In this document: in pieces, positions 10,322 to 20,312 of the stretch
How the letters are laid out: every line of letters begins with the position of its first letter
Numbering within the stretch: position 1 is the first letter of the stretch
Assembly: GCA_046299515.1 (NCBI GenBank)
Contig: JBKBID010000003.1
Span: forward strand, 42,345-106,344
Reading direction: 5' to 3'
DNA: 64,000 nt
Source of the DNA: Thermoflexales bacterium
GTDB lineage: Bacteria; Chloroflexota; Anaerolineae; J036; Brachytrichaceae
Program-made: the position numbers and the translations under genes
The notes under the pieces: generated by a model
The model's input: the letters and a program-made list of their open reading frames with translations, nothing else
The model's database searches: none
Told to the model about the DNA's origin: nothing

Positions 10322-11551
10322 TCAATCCGGCAACAAATTCCTCAACCATCCTGGCAAGTCCAGGCGAGGGCTGAAGCGTCGGCGTTTGCTAGGCTTCGCA
10401 ACGACGCCCTGCAACCCCCAGTGCAGCATTCCGACCGCAGTCGAGAAAGCCGGGGACTGCAGAGCGTCCACCAAGCCATACAAATTCATCGGGCGCGTCA
10501 AGCGAACCGGTCGTCCCGTCGTCTCGCGCGCCGACTCCCTCAAGCCTGGCAATAGCGAACCACCTCCTGTGATCACGAGTCCGGCCGGCAACAGGCCGTC
10601 ATAACCGCTGCGTTTGATCTCCTGCTCAATCAAGCTGAACAGCTCGTCAGCGCGGGCGCGCAGAATCTCCGCCGCCTCGCGCCTGGAGACGCGCACCAGC
10701 GGCTCATCACCAAACCCCACGATGTCGCAAACCTGATCGCCCGGCACATCAGGCGGATGGGCGTGCCCATAGTGCACTTTCAGGTGCTCGGCTGCGTCCA
10801 TCGGCAGTCGCAGCACCTGCGCCAGGTCGCCGGTGAAGTGCGACCCGCCTACCTCCAGCACTTTGGTATGCCATGCCGATCCGTCAATGAACATAGCGAT
10901 GCCCGTAGTGCCGCCGCCGATATCCACCAATACCGCGCCCATCTCGCGTTCGGTCGGTGTGAGCACGGCCTCGGCCGAAGCCAGCGGCGAGAGCACGAAC
11001 TCGCTCACGTCCACGCCGGCCATGTGCGCGCACTTGAGCAGGTTCTGCATCGCCGTCGTCGCGCAGGTGATGATGTGGGCCTGCGCTTCAAGCCGGAAGC
11101 CCAGCATACCGACCGGGTTGCGCACGCCATCCTGATCGTCCACTCGGAAGTGCCGCGGGATCACGTGCAGGATTTCGCGGTTGTTCGGCACGGCGATGGC
11201 CTGCGCCGATTCCAGGCAACGATTGATGTCGTCGAACGACACGCCCTGGTCGCCTCGGCCGATGGCGACCGCGCCCTGGCTGTTCTGCGAAGCGATATGG
11301 TTGCCGCTGATGGACATGAGCACGTGCGACGCCCTCACCCCCGAAGAGGCTTGCGCGCCGGCCAACGCCTCCTTCATGCACGCCACTGCGTCGCTTACGT
11401 TGATGATTTGACTGCGCCGGATGCCGCGGGCGACCGCCACACCCACGCCGATGATGGTGAAGCCGGCCTCGTTGTCGGCGGCCTCGCCCACCAGCGCCAC
11501 GACCTTCGTGCTGCCGATGTCCAAAACGGTGATCGTCTTCGGTTCTGCCAT
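10322..11551 (-). CDS. ftsA: Cell division protein FtsA
   Basis: LDIGSTKV, VDIGGGTT, GLVITGGG actin-like motifs; between ftsQ and ftsZ. Confidence 0.97.
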   Translation of the reverse strand: MAEPKTITVLDIGSTKVVALVGEAADNEAGFTIIGVGVAVARGIRRSQIINVSDAVACMKEALAGAQASSGVRASHVLMSISGNHIASQNSQGAVAIGRGDQGVSFDDINRCLESAQAIAVPNNREILHVIPRHFRVDDQDGVRNPVGMLGFRLEAQAHIITCATTAMQNLLKCAHMAGVDVSEFVLSPLASAEAVLTPTEREMGAVLVDIGGGTTGIAMFIDGSAWHTKVLEVGGSHFTGDLAQVLRLPMDAAEHLKVHYGHAHPPDVPGDQVCDIVGFGDEPLVRVSRREAAEILRARADELFSLIEQEIKRSGYDGLLPAGLVITGGGSLLPGLRESARETTGRPVRLTRPMNLYGLVDALQSPAFSTAVGMLHWGLQGVVAKPSKRRRFSPRLDLPGWLRNLLPD

Positions 11552-11632
11552 GATTGCGAGAGCGAGAATCTGAGCTAAGCGTCTGCAATTCGGAACTTGC
11601 CACCAGCCTTTCGCTTATCGTCCGGCCGCGTC

Positions 11633-12415
11633 TCATCTTATGTAGTACGGCGCCTCCACGAAACGCACATCCAACACTCGCGCTTCGACGCCCTTATCCA
11701 CCAATTGCTTTTGCAACGCGCGCGCCAGGCGCAACTTGTCGCTCATCGCGCCGTCATAGGGCGCGTCACCCAGCCGAACGCGCCATTTGCGGTCGTTGAC
11801 CCACATTAGGCCGAACTGCGACGAGTATGAATAGCGCGTCACGTTCGGCTGCGCAGCGATCAGCTCGTTCAGGGCGCGCAACAGACGCGGGTCAAGCCGG
11901 CTGCCCAACGGCGGCAACGCGTCATCCTCGACGCGGATGAAGAGACGAGCCGGCATGTTCTCCCGCGCGACTTGCACCCTGCCCTCAAAGTCGTTCCACA
12001 CGTTACCGCCCTTGCCTTGCCACAGCGCCATCGGTCGCGCCGGCTGGACGGTGATCACGCACCGAACGCGCCACTCCCAGCGACACGTGACCAACGCCGC
12101 TTCCACACCCGGCAGCTCATCCACGGCTTTAGCCGCCGCGTCCAAGTCGGCGAAGTGAAAGTGCTCGCCCTGTAGCCCGCTCGCGCCGATGATCGCTTCA
12201 ACCGGCACGCCGTCGTTGTTCTGCACTTCGATGTCGCCGACGCGCCAGCTCTCGCCGCCATACCACTGCGCGCCGAGCATCGCGCCGGCGATGCACACGG
12301 CGGCGACAAACACCCGCGACCAGCGCGCTTGGCGCCGCTCGGCGCGCTGCGCCAGCGCCACATCGAAGCGCGTCCGCGACGCCGGCCTGCGATCGCGCTG
12401 CGGTCGGTAGTTCAT
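11633..12415 (-). CDS. ftsQ: Cell division protein FtsQ/DivIB
   Basis: Basic N-terminus, one TM helix, POTRA-like region, C-terminal LDVRFVEAPYYIR; position ddl-ftsQ-ftsA; SD before ATG 12415. Confidence 0.85.
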   Translation of the reverse strand: MNYRPQRDRRPASRTRFDVALAQRAERRQARWSRVFVAAVCIAGAMLGAQWYGGESWRVGDIEVQNNDGVPVEAIIGASGLQGEHFHFADLDAAAKAVDELPGVEAALVTCRWEWRVRCVITVQPARPMALWQGKGGNVWNDFEGRVQVARENMPARLFIRVEDDALPPLGSRLDPRLLRALNELIAAQPNVTRYSYSSQFGLMWVNDRKWRVRLGDAPYDGAMSDKLRLARALQKQLVDKGVEARVLDVRFVEAPYYIR

Positions 12416-12423
12416 CGCCTCCC

Positions 12424-13437
12424 TCATTTCTCCATGGCCAGCGCGATCAGCCGGTCGAGCAACTCGCTGTATGGGATGCCGGTGGCCGCCCACAGCTTCG
12501 GATACATGCTGATGTCGGTGAAGCCGGGGATGGTGTTGATCTCGTTGACGAACACTTCCCCGCTCTCGCCGTTCATCAAAAAGTCCACCCGCGCCATGCC
12601 GCGCGCGTCGGCCAGCGTCGCCGCTTCCACCGCCATCTCGCGAATCGATTGCGCCAGCGCGTCCGGGATAGGCGCCGGGATATGCAGGCCAGAGGCCGCC
12701 TCGCCCTTATCCAGGTATTTGGCGGCGTAGTCGTAGAACTCGCGGCTGGGCGTAATTTCGCCGACGACCGACGCCTGCAGCTCGTCGTTGCCCAGCACGC
12801 TCACCTCCAGCTCGCGCGCGCGCGGCACCGCCTGCTCGACCAGCACCTTGCGATCCCACCTCAGCGCCTCAATCATGCCCGCGCGCAATTGCTGAACGTC
12901 CTTCGCTTTGGTGATGCCGACGCTGCTGCCCATGTTGGCCGGCTTGACGAAGCACGGGAAGCCGAGCTGCGTCACCACCACATGCTCAACATGCTCTGGA
13001 GCCGATAGCCACTGGCGCCGGCGCACGACGATGTGCTTCGCCACCGGCAACCCATGCGCGCGCATCACATCCTTGAAAATCGCCTTGTCCATCCCAACCG
13101 CCGAGCCGACCACGCCTGCGCCGACGAACGGCACCCCCATCAGGGTGAGCAAGCCCTGCACCGTGCCATCCTCGCCCATCGGCCCATGCAGCACCGGAAA
13201 GACCACGTCGAACTTGCGCAGGTCGTCCAGGGGGATCGCCCACTCCCCCGCTTTGCTGATGAACACCGGCGTGACCTCGTACTTGCGGTCGTCCAACGCC
13301 TCCATGACTGATGCCGCCGACATCAAGCTCACTTCGTGCTCGCCGGATTGCCCGCCGTACAGCACGGCCACCTTGAGCTTTGCGCCGTGAGCCGCAAGCC
13401 CCGGACTTTGAGCCTCGGGCGATGCGTGATCACTCAT
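12424..13437 (-). CDS. ddl: D-alanine-D-alanine ligase
   Basis: GGQSGEHEVSL, LHGPMGEDG, KPANMGSSVG, NEINTIPG. Confidence 0.97.
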   Translation of the reverse strand: MSDHASPEAQSPGLAAHGAKLKVAVLYGGQSGEHEVSLMSAASVMEALDDRKYEVTPVFISKAGEWAIPLDDLRKFDVVFPVLHGPMGEDGTVQGLLTLMGVPFVGAGVVGSAVGMDKAIFKDVMRAHGLPVAKHIVVRRRQWLSAPEHVEHVVVTQLGFPCFVKPANMGSSVGITKAKDVQQLRAGMIEALRWDRKVLVEQAVPRARELEVSVLGNDELQASVVGEITPSREFYDYAAKYLDKGEAASGLHIPAPIPDALAQSIREMAVEAATLADARGMARVDFLMNGESGEVFVNEINTIPGFTDISMYPKLWAATGIPYSELLDRLIALAMEK

Positions 13438-14401
13438 GTTCGATTCCAGACTCCTGGCCGCCGCTTCGCAGCCTCCCGGCTCTCAGCTCTGCGGCCGCCC
13501 ACTCACCCACCAACTCAACTTCCAGCTCCAAGTCCACGCCGAAGCGCTGCAGCACGGCATCGTGCGCCAGGTCAATCAACGCCTTCACATCGCTTGCGCG
13601 GGCGTCGCCGGAGGCGTTGATGAAGAAGTTGGCATGCTTGTCGCTGATCATGGCGCCGCCGATGCGCTTGCCCTTCAGGCCGCAGGCTTCAATCAACCGG
13701 CCGGCGTAGTCGCCTTCGGGATTCTTGAACATGCTGCCGATGGACGCGCCGGAAGGTTGCGTCGCTTTGCGTTTGGCGATGAATTCGTTCGCCCGGCGCT
13801 CCAGGTTCCCGCGATAGTCCAGCCGCAGGTCAAAGGTGGCGCTGAGCACAATCGGCCGGTTGGCCGGCGCGTAGCGCTTGAGCGCGCTGGTGCGATAGCC
13901 GAACTGCAACTGGCGCGGCGTCCAGTATTCCGGCGGTTGGCCGCGTCGCATGACGCGCGCCAGGTTCAGGTTGCCGGCGATGTCCGCGCCGTGGGCGCCG
14001 GCGTTGCCGACCACGCCCCCGCCCACCGTGCCGGGGACGCTTATCGCCCACTCCATGCCGGCCAGCCCGCGCTCGATGCAATCGCGCGCCAGCGTCGTCA
14101 GCATCACGCCGCTGTCCACCTCGACGCGCGCCTTGCCCCCGCGCAGATTGAACTTGATCTCCCGTGCGCGGTTGATGATCACCAACCCGCGCACGCCGGC
14201 GTCGCTCACCAGCACATTGGCGCCGCCGCCGAGCACGAGATAGGGCAACCCCATGTCGTCGGCGCGCTGGGCCACGGCGATCAGCTCATCGGTGGTGCGC
14301 ACCTCGATCAGCAGGTCGGCCGGGCCGCCGATGCGCGCCGTCGTGTGCTTAGACAGCGGCTCGTTGCGCTTGGCGCGGGACTGAAGCTCTGCAATCTGCA
14401 T
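13430..14401 (-). CDS. murB: UDP-N-acetylenolpyruvoylglucosamine reductase
   Basis: IGGPAD, LGGGANVL, IPG/VPGTVGG..GNAGA, GSMFKNP, HANFFIN, LELEV. Confidence 0.96.
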   Translation of the reverse strand: MQIAELQSRAKRNEPLSKHTTARIGGPADLLIEVRTTDELIAVAQRADDMGLPYLVLGGGANVLVSDAGVRGLVIINRAREIKFNLRGGKARVEVDSGVMLTTLARDCIERGLAGMEWAISVPGTVGGGVVGNAGAHGADIAGNLNLARVMRRGQPPEYWTPRQLQFGYRTSALKRYAPANRPIVLSATFDLRLDYRGNLERRANEFIAKRKATQPSGASIGSMFKNPEGDYAGRLIEACGLKGKRIGGAMISDKHANFFINASGDARASDVKALIDLAHDAVLQRFGVDLELEVELVGEWAAAELRAGRLRSGGQESGIEHE

Positions 14402-14436
14402 AAAACACCTGGCGATGTATGGGCCGGCGCTGCGCC

Positions 14437-15852
14437 TTACTTCGACAACATCTCGAGCAACCGCTCCCCCACCTGGTTGCCATCCCCGGCGCTGAGCGTG
14501 ATGACCACGTCGCCGCCCTTCACCTGCGCGATCAGCATGCCCAACGCATCGCCGAACGAGGCCGCGTTGCGCGCGTCGCGATGACGGATCTTGCGCGCGA
14601 TCTCGATCGGATTGAGCGCATTCGCGACGAAGCCGAAATCCTCCTTGCGCTCGCGCGCCGCGTAAATCGGCAGCACGATCACGTGGTCGGCGTCGTCGAA
14701 GGCCTCGGCAAACGCATCGAGGAGCGCAGCGGTGCGGCTGTAGGTGTGCGGCTGCCAGATCGCCCAGATGTTGCCCAGCGGATAGCGCTGGCGCGCGCCG
14801 CGCAACGTCGCTTTGATCTCGGTCGGATGATGCGCGTAATCGTCGAAGATGCGCACGCCGCGCGCCTCGCCCTTCAGCTCAAAGCGCCGGCCGGCGCCCC
14901 TGTAGCCGCCGAGCGACTTGACCGCTTCGCCCATCGGCACGCCGCAGGCGTCGGCCACGACCAGCGCCGCCAGCGCATTTAGCACGTTGTGTTCACCCGG
15001 CACGCGCAGCGAACACACCCCACGCACTTCGCCGTTGATCCCTGCGCCGCTGAACGAGAAGTCCACGCCGCCCAGCGCGTTCGCGCGCAGGTTGGACGCG
15101 CGCCACATGCCGCCCTGGATGCCGTAGTCCACGACGACAGGGGCGGGCGCGCCATGCGCGGACAGGTCGGCGCGCTTGAGCATGGCCACGCAACCGGGGT
15201 CGTCGGCGCAGGTGATCACTACGCCGTCTTTGGGCACGCTCCGCGCGAATGTTGCGAAAGCGTTTAACGTCGCATTGAGATCCGCAAATGTGTCGGGATG
15301 GTCATACTCAACGTTGGTCACCACGGCGACCTTCGGTTGGAAGTGCAGGAAGGTGTGGTCGTACTCGTCGGCCTCGACGATGAACGCCTCGCCCGCGCCC
15401 CAGCGCGCGTTCACGCCCAGCGGCTGCGGCGTCGCCCCGATGACGAACGACGGGTCCAGTCCGGCATCGGTCAGGATCGTCGCGATCATGCCGGTCGTCG
15501 TGCTCTTGCCGTGTGTGCCCGCGACGGCGATGCCCACTTTGTCCTGCATCAAGGCGCCGATCAAGTCGCCGCGATGCCACACCGGGATGCCGCGCCGTTG
15601 CGCTTCGACCAGCTCCGGCTCATCTTTGGCGATCGCCGACGATGGCGCAAGGATGTCCACCCCTTCGAGATGGCGCGGATCATGGCCGACGACGACCGGG
15701 ACGCCTTCGGCCTGCAGCGCCCTGAGCGTCGGCGAATCGGCGCGGTCGTCGCCGCTGACGCGCACCCCGCGCGCACGCAGCAGCCGGGCCAGCGCGCTCA
15801 TGCCGGCCCCGCCGACGCCCATGATGTGGATGTGTTTATCGAGCCAACTCAT
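14437..15852 (-). CDS. murC: UDP-N-acetylmuramate-L-alanine ligase
   Basis: GVGGAGMS, AGTHGKSTTT, EADEYD, DDYAHHPTEI, WQPHTYSRT. Confidence 0.97.
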   Translation of the reverse strand: MSWLDKHIHIMGVGGAGMSALARLLRARGVRVSGDDRADSPTLRALQAEGVPVVVGHDPRHLEGVDILAPSSAIAKDEPELVEAQRRGIPVWHRGDLIGALMQDKVGIAVAGTHGKSTTTGMIATILTDAGLDPSFVIGATPQPLGVNARWGAGEAFIVEADEYDHTFLHFQPKVAVVTNVEYDHPDTFADLNATLNAFATFARSVPKDGVVITCADDPGCVAMLKRADLSAHGAPAPVVVDYGIQGGMWRASNLRANALGGVDFSFSGAGINGEVRGVCSLRVPGEHNVLNALAALVVADACGVPMGEAVKSLGGYRGAGRRFELKGEARGVRIFDDYAHHPTEIKATLRGARQRYPLGNIWAIWQPHTYSRTAALLDAFAEAFDDADHVIVLPIYAARERKEDFGFVANALNPIEIARKIRHRDARNAASFGDALGMLIAQVKGGDVVITLSAGDGNQVGERLLEMLSK

Positions 15853-16382
15853 ACGAGCACCACGATGACAAACAGAAAGATGACAATCAGCACGAAGACC
15901 AGCAACGAGCCGCTGAAGATGACCGGCGCCCCGCTCTTGATGAAAAAGAACTCGTTCCAACCTCCTGGCGGCGGCGTGAAGAGATTGGCATATTGCCCGT
16001 CCAGCAAGCCGGCTTGTAGCGCCCAGAACGCCAGCGCGCTGAACAACAAATAACCGTTGAACATGCCAACCAGGAACGACAGCAAGCCGTACTCGAAGCG
16101 ATTCGCAGCGTTGACCTGAAAGCGACTGCGCGCGACGATTGGGCTGAGATAGCCAAAGAACACAATCAGCAAAAAAGGCGTGGCGCGCCAGAAGAAGCGC
16201 CAGACCGGGTCTTCATTCGCCCACAGCGGGTTCATGATGTTGGTGAACTGCGGCAGCGAATAGATGAACAGCGCAAACAACATGGTGAAGGTGACGATCA
16301 CCTCGCGCACCCAACCGCGCGAGGTGCCGATAAACCCCCACACGACGAGATAGAAGACGAAGAAGATGTCGGCGTTGATCAT
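15849..16382 (-). CDS. CvpA-like multi-pass membrane protein inside the dcw cluster
   Basis: GFIGTSRGWVREVIV resembles the CvpA G..RG..RE motif; 4-5 hydrophobic segments; abuts murG and overlaps murC start. Confidence 0.6.
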   Translation of the reverse strand: MINADIFFVFYLVVWGFIGTSRGWVREVIVTFTMLFALFIYSLPQFTNIMNPLWANEDPVWRFFWRATPFLLIVFFGYLSPIVARSRFQVNAANRFEYGLLSFLVGMFNGYLLFSALAFWALQAGLLDGQYANLFTPPPGGWNEFFFIKSGAPVIFSGSLLVFVLIVIFLFVIVVLV

Positions 16383-16383
16383 G

Positions 16384-17565
16384 TCAATGGCTATGGCTCG
16401 CTTCAACCAGCAAGGCCGCGATCTGCGCCGCGCCATCGCGCCGGCCCAGTCGCAAGGACGCCTGGCGCATCGCGTTCAGGCGCTCCGGCGCGCCGAGCAG
16501 CGCGATGACGCGCGGCAGCAGACCTTCTTGCTCATCCATGAGCGCCCCATCTTCGACCACCACGGCAGCCCCCCGGTCGGCGAGGTATTGAGCATTGACC
16601 TGCTGATAACGCCATGCGTAGGGATACGGCGCCAGGATAGCCGGCAGGCCGAGGTAGGGCAGCTCGCCCAGCGCGCTCGCGCCGGCGCGGCAGACCGCCA
16701 GATCCGCCGCAGCCATCGCCAGCGCCATCTCGTCATGCAGATATTCAAAGGCCAGATAACGCGCGCGCTGCCCTTCCGGCAACTGCGCGCGCGCGGCGCT
16801 CACCTCCGCCCAGTCGTTCGCGCCGGTGACGTGCAAGACGACGGCGACCTCCAGCAAGCGCGCAAGCACGGCCAGCACGGCGCGATTGATGCTGCGCGCG
16901 CCCTTGCTGCCGCCATACACCAACAACACGCGTTCGTCCGGCGCGATGCCGAAGCGTTGGCGCGCCTCTTCGCGCGAGACCGCCGCGAAGACTTCGCGCA
17001 CCGGGTAGCCGGTGACCACCATCTTGTCCGGCGTGATGAAGCGCGCGGATGCCTCCGTCGTCGTCGCCACTCTCACGGCGAAGCGCGCCATGACCCGCAA
17101 CGCCTGGCCGGGTTCAATGTCCGGCAAATACACCACGCTGGGTATGCGCTGTAGCCATGCCGCTAAGCTCACCGGCACGCCGACGAAACCGCCGGTCAGG
17201 AACACCACGTTCGGCTTGAATTCGGCAAGGATGCGCCGCGCCTCGACCATGCCGCGCAACGTGCGCAGCGCGCCGCCGACGGCGCGCGCCGGCCCGACGC
17301 CGTGCATGGCGCCGGCCTGGATCGCCCGAAAAGATACGCCCTCGCGGCTCACCAGACTACGTTCCATGCCACTTGCCTCGCCAACGAACAGCGCCTGGAC
17401 TGCGCCGGCCGTTGCGCCCGCGGAGCGCGCCGCCGATGCGAACGTCGCGCCCGATGATGAGGACATCGGCGGATTCGGCCTCAGCTGCGCTTCCAGCGCT
17501 TTGAGCACGGTGAGCGCGGGCAAAACGTGTCCGGCTGTGCCCCCGGCGGATAGTAGAACTCGCAC
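16384..17565 (-). CDS. murG: Lipid II GlcNAc transferase MurG
   Basis: AGGTAGHV.P, GGFV, GGSKGA, CRAGAS, QQVNA; GTG start behind AAGGAGG (alternative ATG 17589). Confidence 0.96.
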   Translation of the reverse strand: MRVLLSAGGTAGHVLPALTVLKALEAQLRPNPPMSSSSGATFASAARSAGATAGAVQALFVGEASGMERSLVSREGVSFRAIQAGAMHGVGPARAVGGALRTLRGMVEARRILAEFKPNVVFLTGGFVGVPVSLAAWLQRIPSVVYLPDIEPGQALRVMARFAVRVATTTEASARFITPDKMVVTGYPVREVFAAVSREEARQRFGIAPDERVLLVYGGSKGARSINRAVLAVLARLLEVAVVLHVTGANDWAEVSAARAQLPEGQRARYLAFEYLHDEMALAMAAADLAVCRAGASALGELPYLGLPAILAPYPYAWRYQQVNAQYLADRGAAVVVEDGALMDEQEGLLPRVIALLGAPERLNAMRQASLRLGRRDGAAQIAALLVEASHSH

Positions 17566-18772
17566 GAACTGCCCTGCCTCCTTTTGCATGGCTGGCTGCG
17601 ACGGACAGCCCAGCCTCTATCTCCCTTCCCTTCAACATGCGGCTGCCGCGCGCGACGCTGGTCACCACGCCGCAGGCGATGAGCAACGAGACGAGCGACG
17701 ACCCGCCGAAGCTCAGGAAAGGCACCGGCACGCCGGTAAAAGGAATGATCGCCATGATCGCCATCACGTTGAGCAACATCTGGCCGATCACCCAGATCAC
17801 CACGCCGATCACGATGAACGAGCCGAATGCGGTATCGGCTGTCTGCGCGATGCGCAACCCGCGCCACGCGAAAATAACGAATAACCCCAACGTGATCGCT
17901 AATCCCAGCAGCCCCATCTCGTCGCCCAGCACGGCCATCACGCTGTCGGTGTGCGGCGTCGGCAAATAGCCAAACTTCTGGCCGCCGGCGCCGATGCCGT
18001 TGCCGAACAAGCCGCCGCCGCCCAGCGTGATCAGCGTTTGGCGGATGTGATAATCCATCTCGCTCGGCGCCCGCCAAACTTTGATGAACTCGTTCACCCG
18101 GACGGCGGCGTGCGGGACGACGGTGACCAAGACCAAGAAGGCCGATACGGCGATCAACATCACCAGGCCCAGTTGCTGCCAGCTCGCCCCGGCCATGAAA
18201 AACATCGCCATCGCCACAATCACGATCACAGCGGTCGTGCTGAGATCGGGCTGGACGACGATGAGGAAGCTCACTGCGCCGACGATCACGCCAAACGGCA
18301 TCAGGCCGTTGGACAGGCTCCGCACCTGATCGCGACGCGAGGCTAACCAGGCCGCCGCGTAGATGATCACGCCGAGCTTGACCAGCTCGCTCGGCTGCAC
18401 CGAGCCGTTCAGCAGCGTCCGGCGCGCGCCGAACACGTCGTCGCCGAATAAGAGGACGGCGATGAGCGCGGCCAGACACCCGGCCATGATCCATACGGCA
18501 AAGCGCCGGAGGATGCCGTAGTCGAGCCAACTGAAGAACACAAGCCCGACCAGGCCGACGCCGGCGTAGAGCAACTGCCGGCTGAAGATGGTCAGCGGAT
18601 TGCCCTCCTTCACCTGCGACCAGAAGAAGGTTGTGCTGTAGGCCATGACGAGGCCCAGCGCCGTCAGCAGCAGCACCGCGCCGATGAAGACCCAGTCGGC
18701 GCCCCGGCGCGCGGCTGCCGGCGCGCCGGCCCGCCCGCTCGAGGATCGCCCTCGCTGCACAGTTCGCATCAT
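17357..18772 (-). CDS. ftsW: Peptidoglycan polymerase FtsW with long C-terminal tail
   Basis: GARR, QPSELVK, QPDLS, YHIRQ, PHTDSV.AV.G.E.G, GVPVPFLSFGGSS. Confidence 0.95.
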   Translation of the reverse strand: MMRTVQRGRSSSGRAGAPAAARRGADWVFIGAVLLLTALGLVMAYSTTFFWSQVKEGNPLTIFSRQLLYAGVGLVGLVFFSWLDYGILRRFAVWIMAGCLAALIAVLLFGDDVFGARRTLLNGSVQPSELVKLGVIIYAAAWLASRRDQVRSLSNGLMPFGVIVGAVSFLIVVQPDLSTTAVIVIVAMAMFFMAGASWQQLGLVMLIAVSAFLVLVTVVPHAAVRVNEFIKVWRAPSEMDYHIRQTLITLGGGGLFGNGIGAGGQKFGYLPTPHTDSVMAVLGDEMGLLGLAITLGLFVIFAWRGLRIAQTADTAFGSFIVIGVVIWVIGQMLLNVMAIMAIIPFTGVPVPFLSFGGSSLVSLLIACGVVTSVARGSRMLKGREIEAGLSVAASHAKGGRAVRASSTIRRGHSRTRFARAHRAQSAGSAAEAESADVLIIGRDVRIGGALRGRNGRRSPGAVRWRGKWHGT

Positions 18773-18812
18773 CGAGCCTTTGTCCGCCACATCAACTCCT
18801 GAAGATTCGCGC

Positions 18813-20267
18813 TTATCCGCCCGCCGCCCGCGACGCCGGCAATGCCTCCACCCATTCGCGGAAGCGCTCGCCGCGCTCGGCGAAATCCTTGAATGCGTCG
18901 TAGCTCGTCCCGCCGGGCGAGAGCAGCACCACATCACCCGGTCGGGCCAGCCGGTGCGCTTCGGCCACTGCCTCTTCCAGCGAATCACATAGCGACCATC
19001 GAAAGGAGGGCCGACTCATCCTCTTCGCCTCATCGCTCAACCTTTCGGCGACCATCGGCCCCATTTCGCCGAATAGCACGACGGCCTTACAGCGCTCCAG
19101 CATCATGCGCGCGGCTTCGTCCCAGGGCAGATGCTTGTCGCGCCCGCCGCACAACAAGATCACCGGCTGATCGAAGCAGCGCAGGGCGGCCATCAGCCGC
19201 TCCGGCGCGGTGGCGATGGAATCGTCATACCAGCGCACACCGTCGCGCTCGGCGACGAGTTGCAGGCGGTGCGCAACGCCGCGAAAGGTCGTCGCGACGC
19301 GGCGCATGGCTTCGACCGGCGCGCCGGCTGCTGCGCAGGCCGCCGCCGCCGCCAGGACGTTCGCGATGTTGTGCTCGCCCATCAGCAGCAGCTCGCGGCG
19401 GTGACAGATCACCGCGTCTATGCGCGATTGGCTATCGCCGACCGGCGATTCGTCGGTGCGATCCACCCGAACGCGCAAATAGCCGGCCGCGTCCATCCAT
19501 GCGCCGTCGCCGCGCGGCTCGCTCCGCGTGCTGAACCACAGCGCGCGCGCCGACGCATTCAGGCCGGCCGTCACCGCGTTATCCGCCGAAAGCACCCGCC
19601 AGTCGCCGGGCGATTGGAAGTCGAGGATGCGCCGCTTGGCGGCAATATAGGCCTCCATCGTGCCGTGCCGGTCAAGGTGGTTCGGCGTGATGTTGGTCAC
19701 GCAGGCGATGTGCGGGCTGCGCGTCATCAGCTCGAGTTGAAACGAGGACAACTCCATCACCACCCAGTCCTCCGGGCGGATGCGTTCGAGATCGCCGATG
19801 AGCGGGTTGCCGATGTTGCCGCCGACCCACACAGATCGAGCACGCGCGGGGCTTTCCGCCGCCGCTTGGGCGCTGAGCTTCAAAATCTCGCCGATGAGGG
19901 TCGTGGTAGTGGTTTTGCCGGCCGAGCCGGTGACGCCGATGATGCGCGCCGGGCAAGCCTCAAAGAAGACCTGCGCATCATTGCTGAGCCGAATGCCGCG
20001 CCGACGGGCCTCTTGGACGATGGGCAAATCGCTTGGCACGCCGCCGCTCAGGCAGAGCACATCACAACCGTCGAGCAGCGTCAACGGATGGCCGCCGAGC
20101 GCGAAGTCCACGCCGGGCAAATCCGCCAGCAGTCGCAGGTCGAGCTGTTCGCGCGGCTTGAGGTCGCTCAGCGTCACGCGCGCGCCATGCGCGACGAGGT
20201 AGCGCGCCAGCGCCGTCCCCTGTCGCGCAATTCCCAGAATCACCGCTCGCTTGCCTGCCCAGTCCAT
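18813..20267 (-). CDS. murD: UDP-MurNAc-L-Ala-D-glutamate ligase
   Basis: GIARQG, GSAGKTTTT, ELSSFQL, PNHLDRH, HRLQLV, DDSIAT, LSPGGTSYDAF.DF.ERG. Confidence 0.97.
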   Translation of the reverse strand: MDWAGKRAVILGIARQGTALARYLVAHGARVTLSDLKPREQLDLRLLADLPGVDFALGGHPLTLLDGCDVLCLSGGVPSDLPIVQEARRRGIRLSNDAQVFFEACPARIIGVTGSAGKTTTTTLIGEILKLSAQAAAESPARARSVWVGGNIGNPLIGDLERIRPEDWVVMELSSFQLELMTRSPHIACVTNITPNHLDRHGTMEAYIAAKRRILDFQSPGDWRVLSADNAVTAGLNASARALWFSTRSEPRGDGAWMDAAGYLRVRVDRTDESPVGDSQSRIDAVICHRRELLLMGEHNIANVLAAAAACAAAGAPVEAMRRVATTFRGVAHRLQLVAERDGVRWYDDSIATAPERLMAALRCFDQPVILLCGGRDKHLPWDEAARMMLERCKAVVLFGEMGPMVAERLSDEAKRMSRPSFRWSLCDSLEEAVAEAHRLARPGDVVLLSPGGTSYDAFKDFAERGERFREWVEALPASRAAGG

Positions 20268-20312
20268 CTCGCCGAACCTTCCCATTCTGTGCTTCCCTGC
20301 CCTCCGGCGCGC

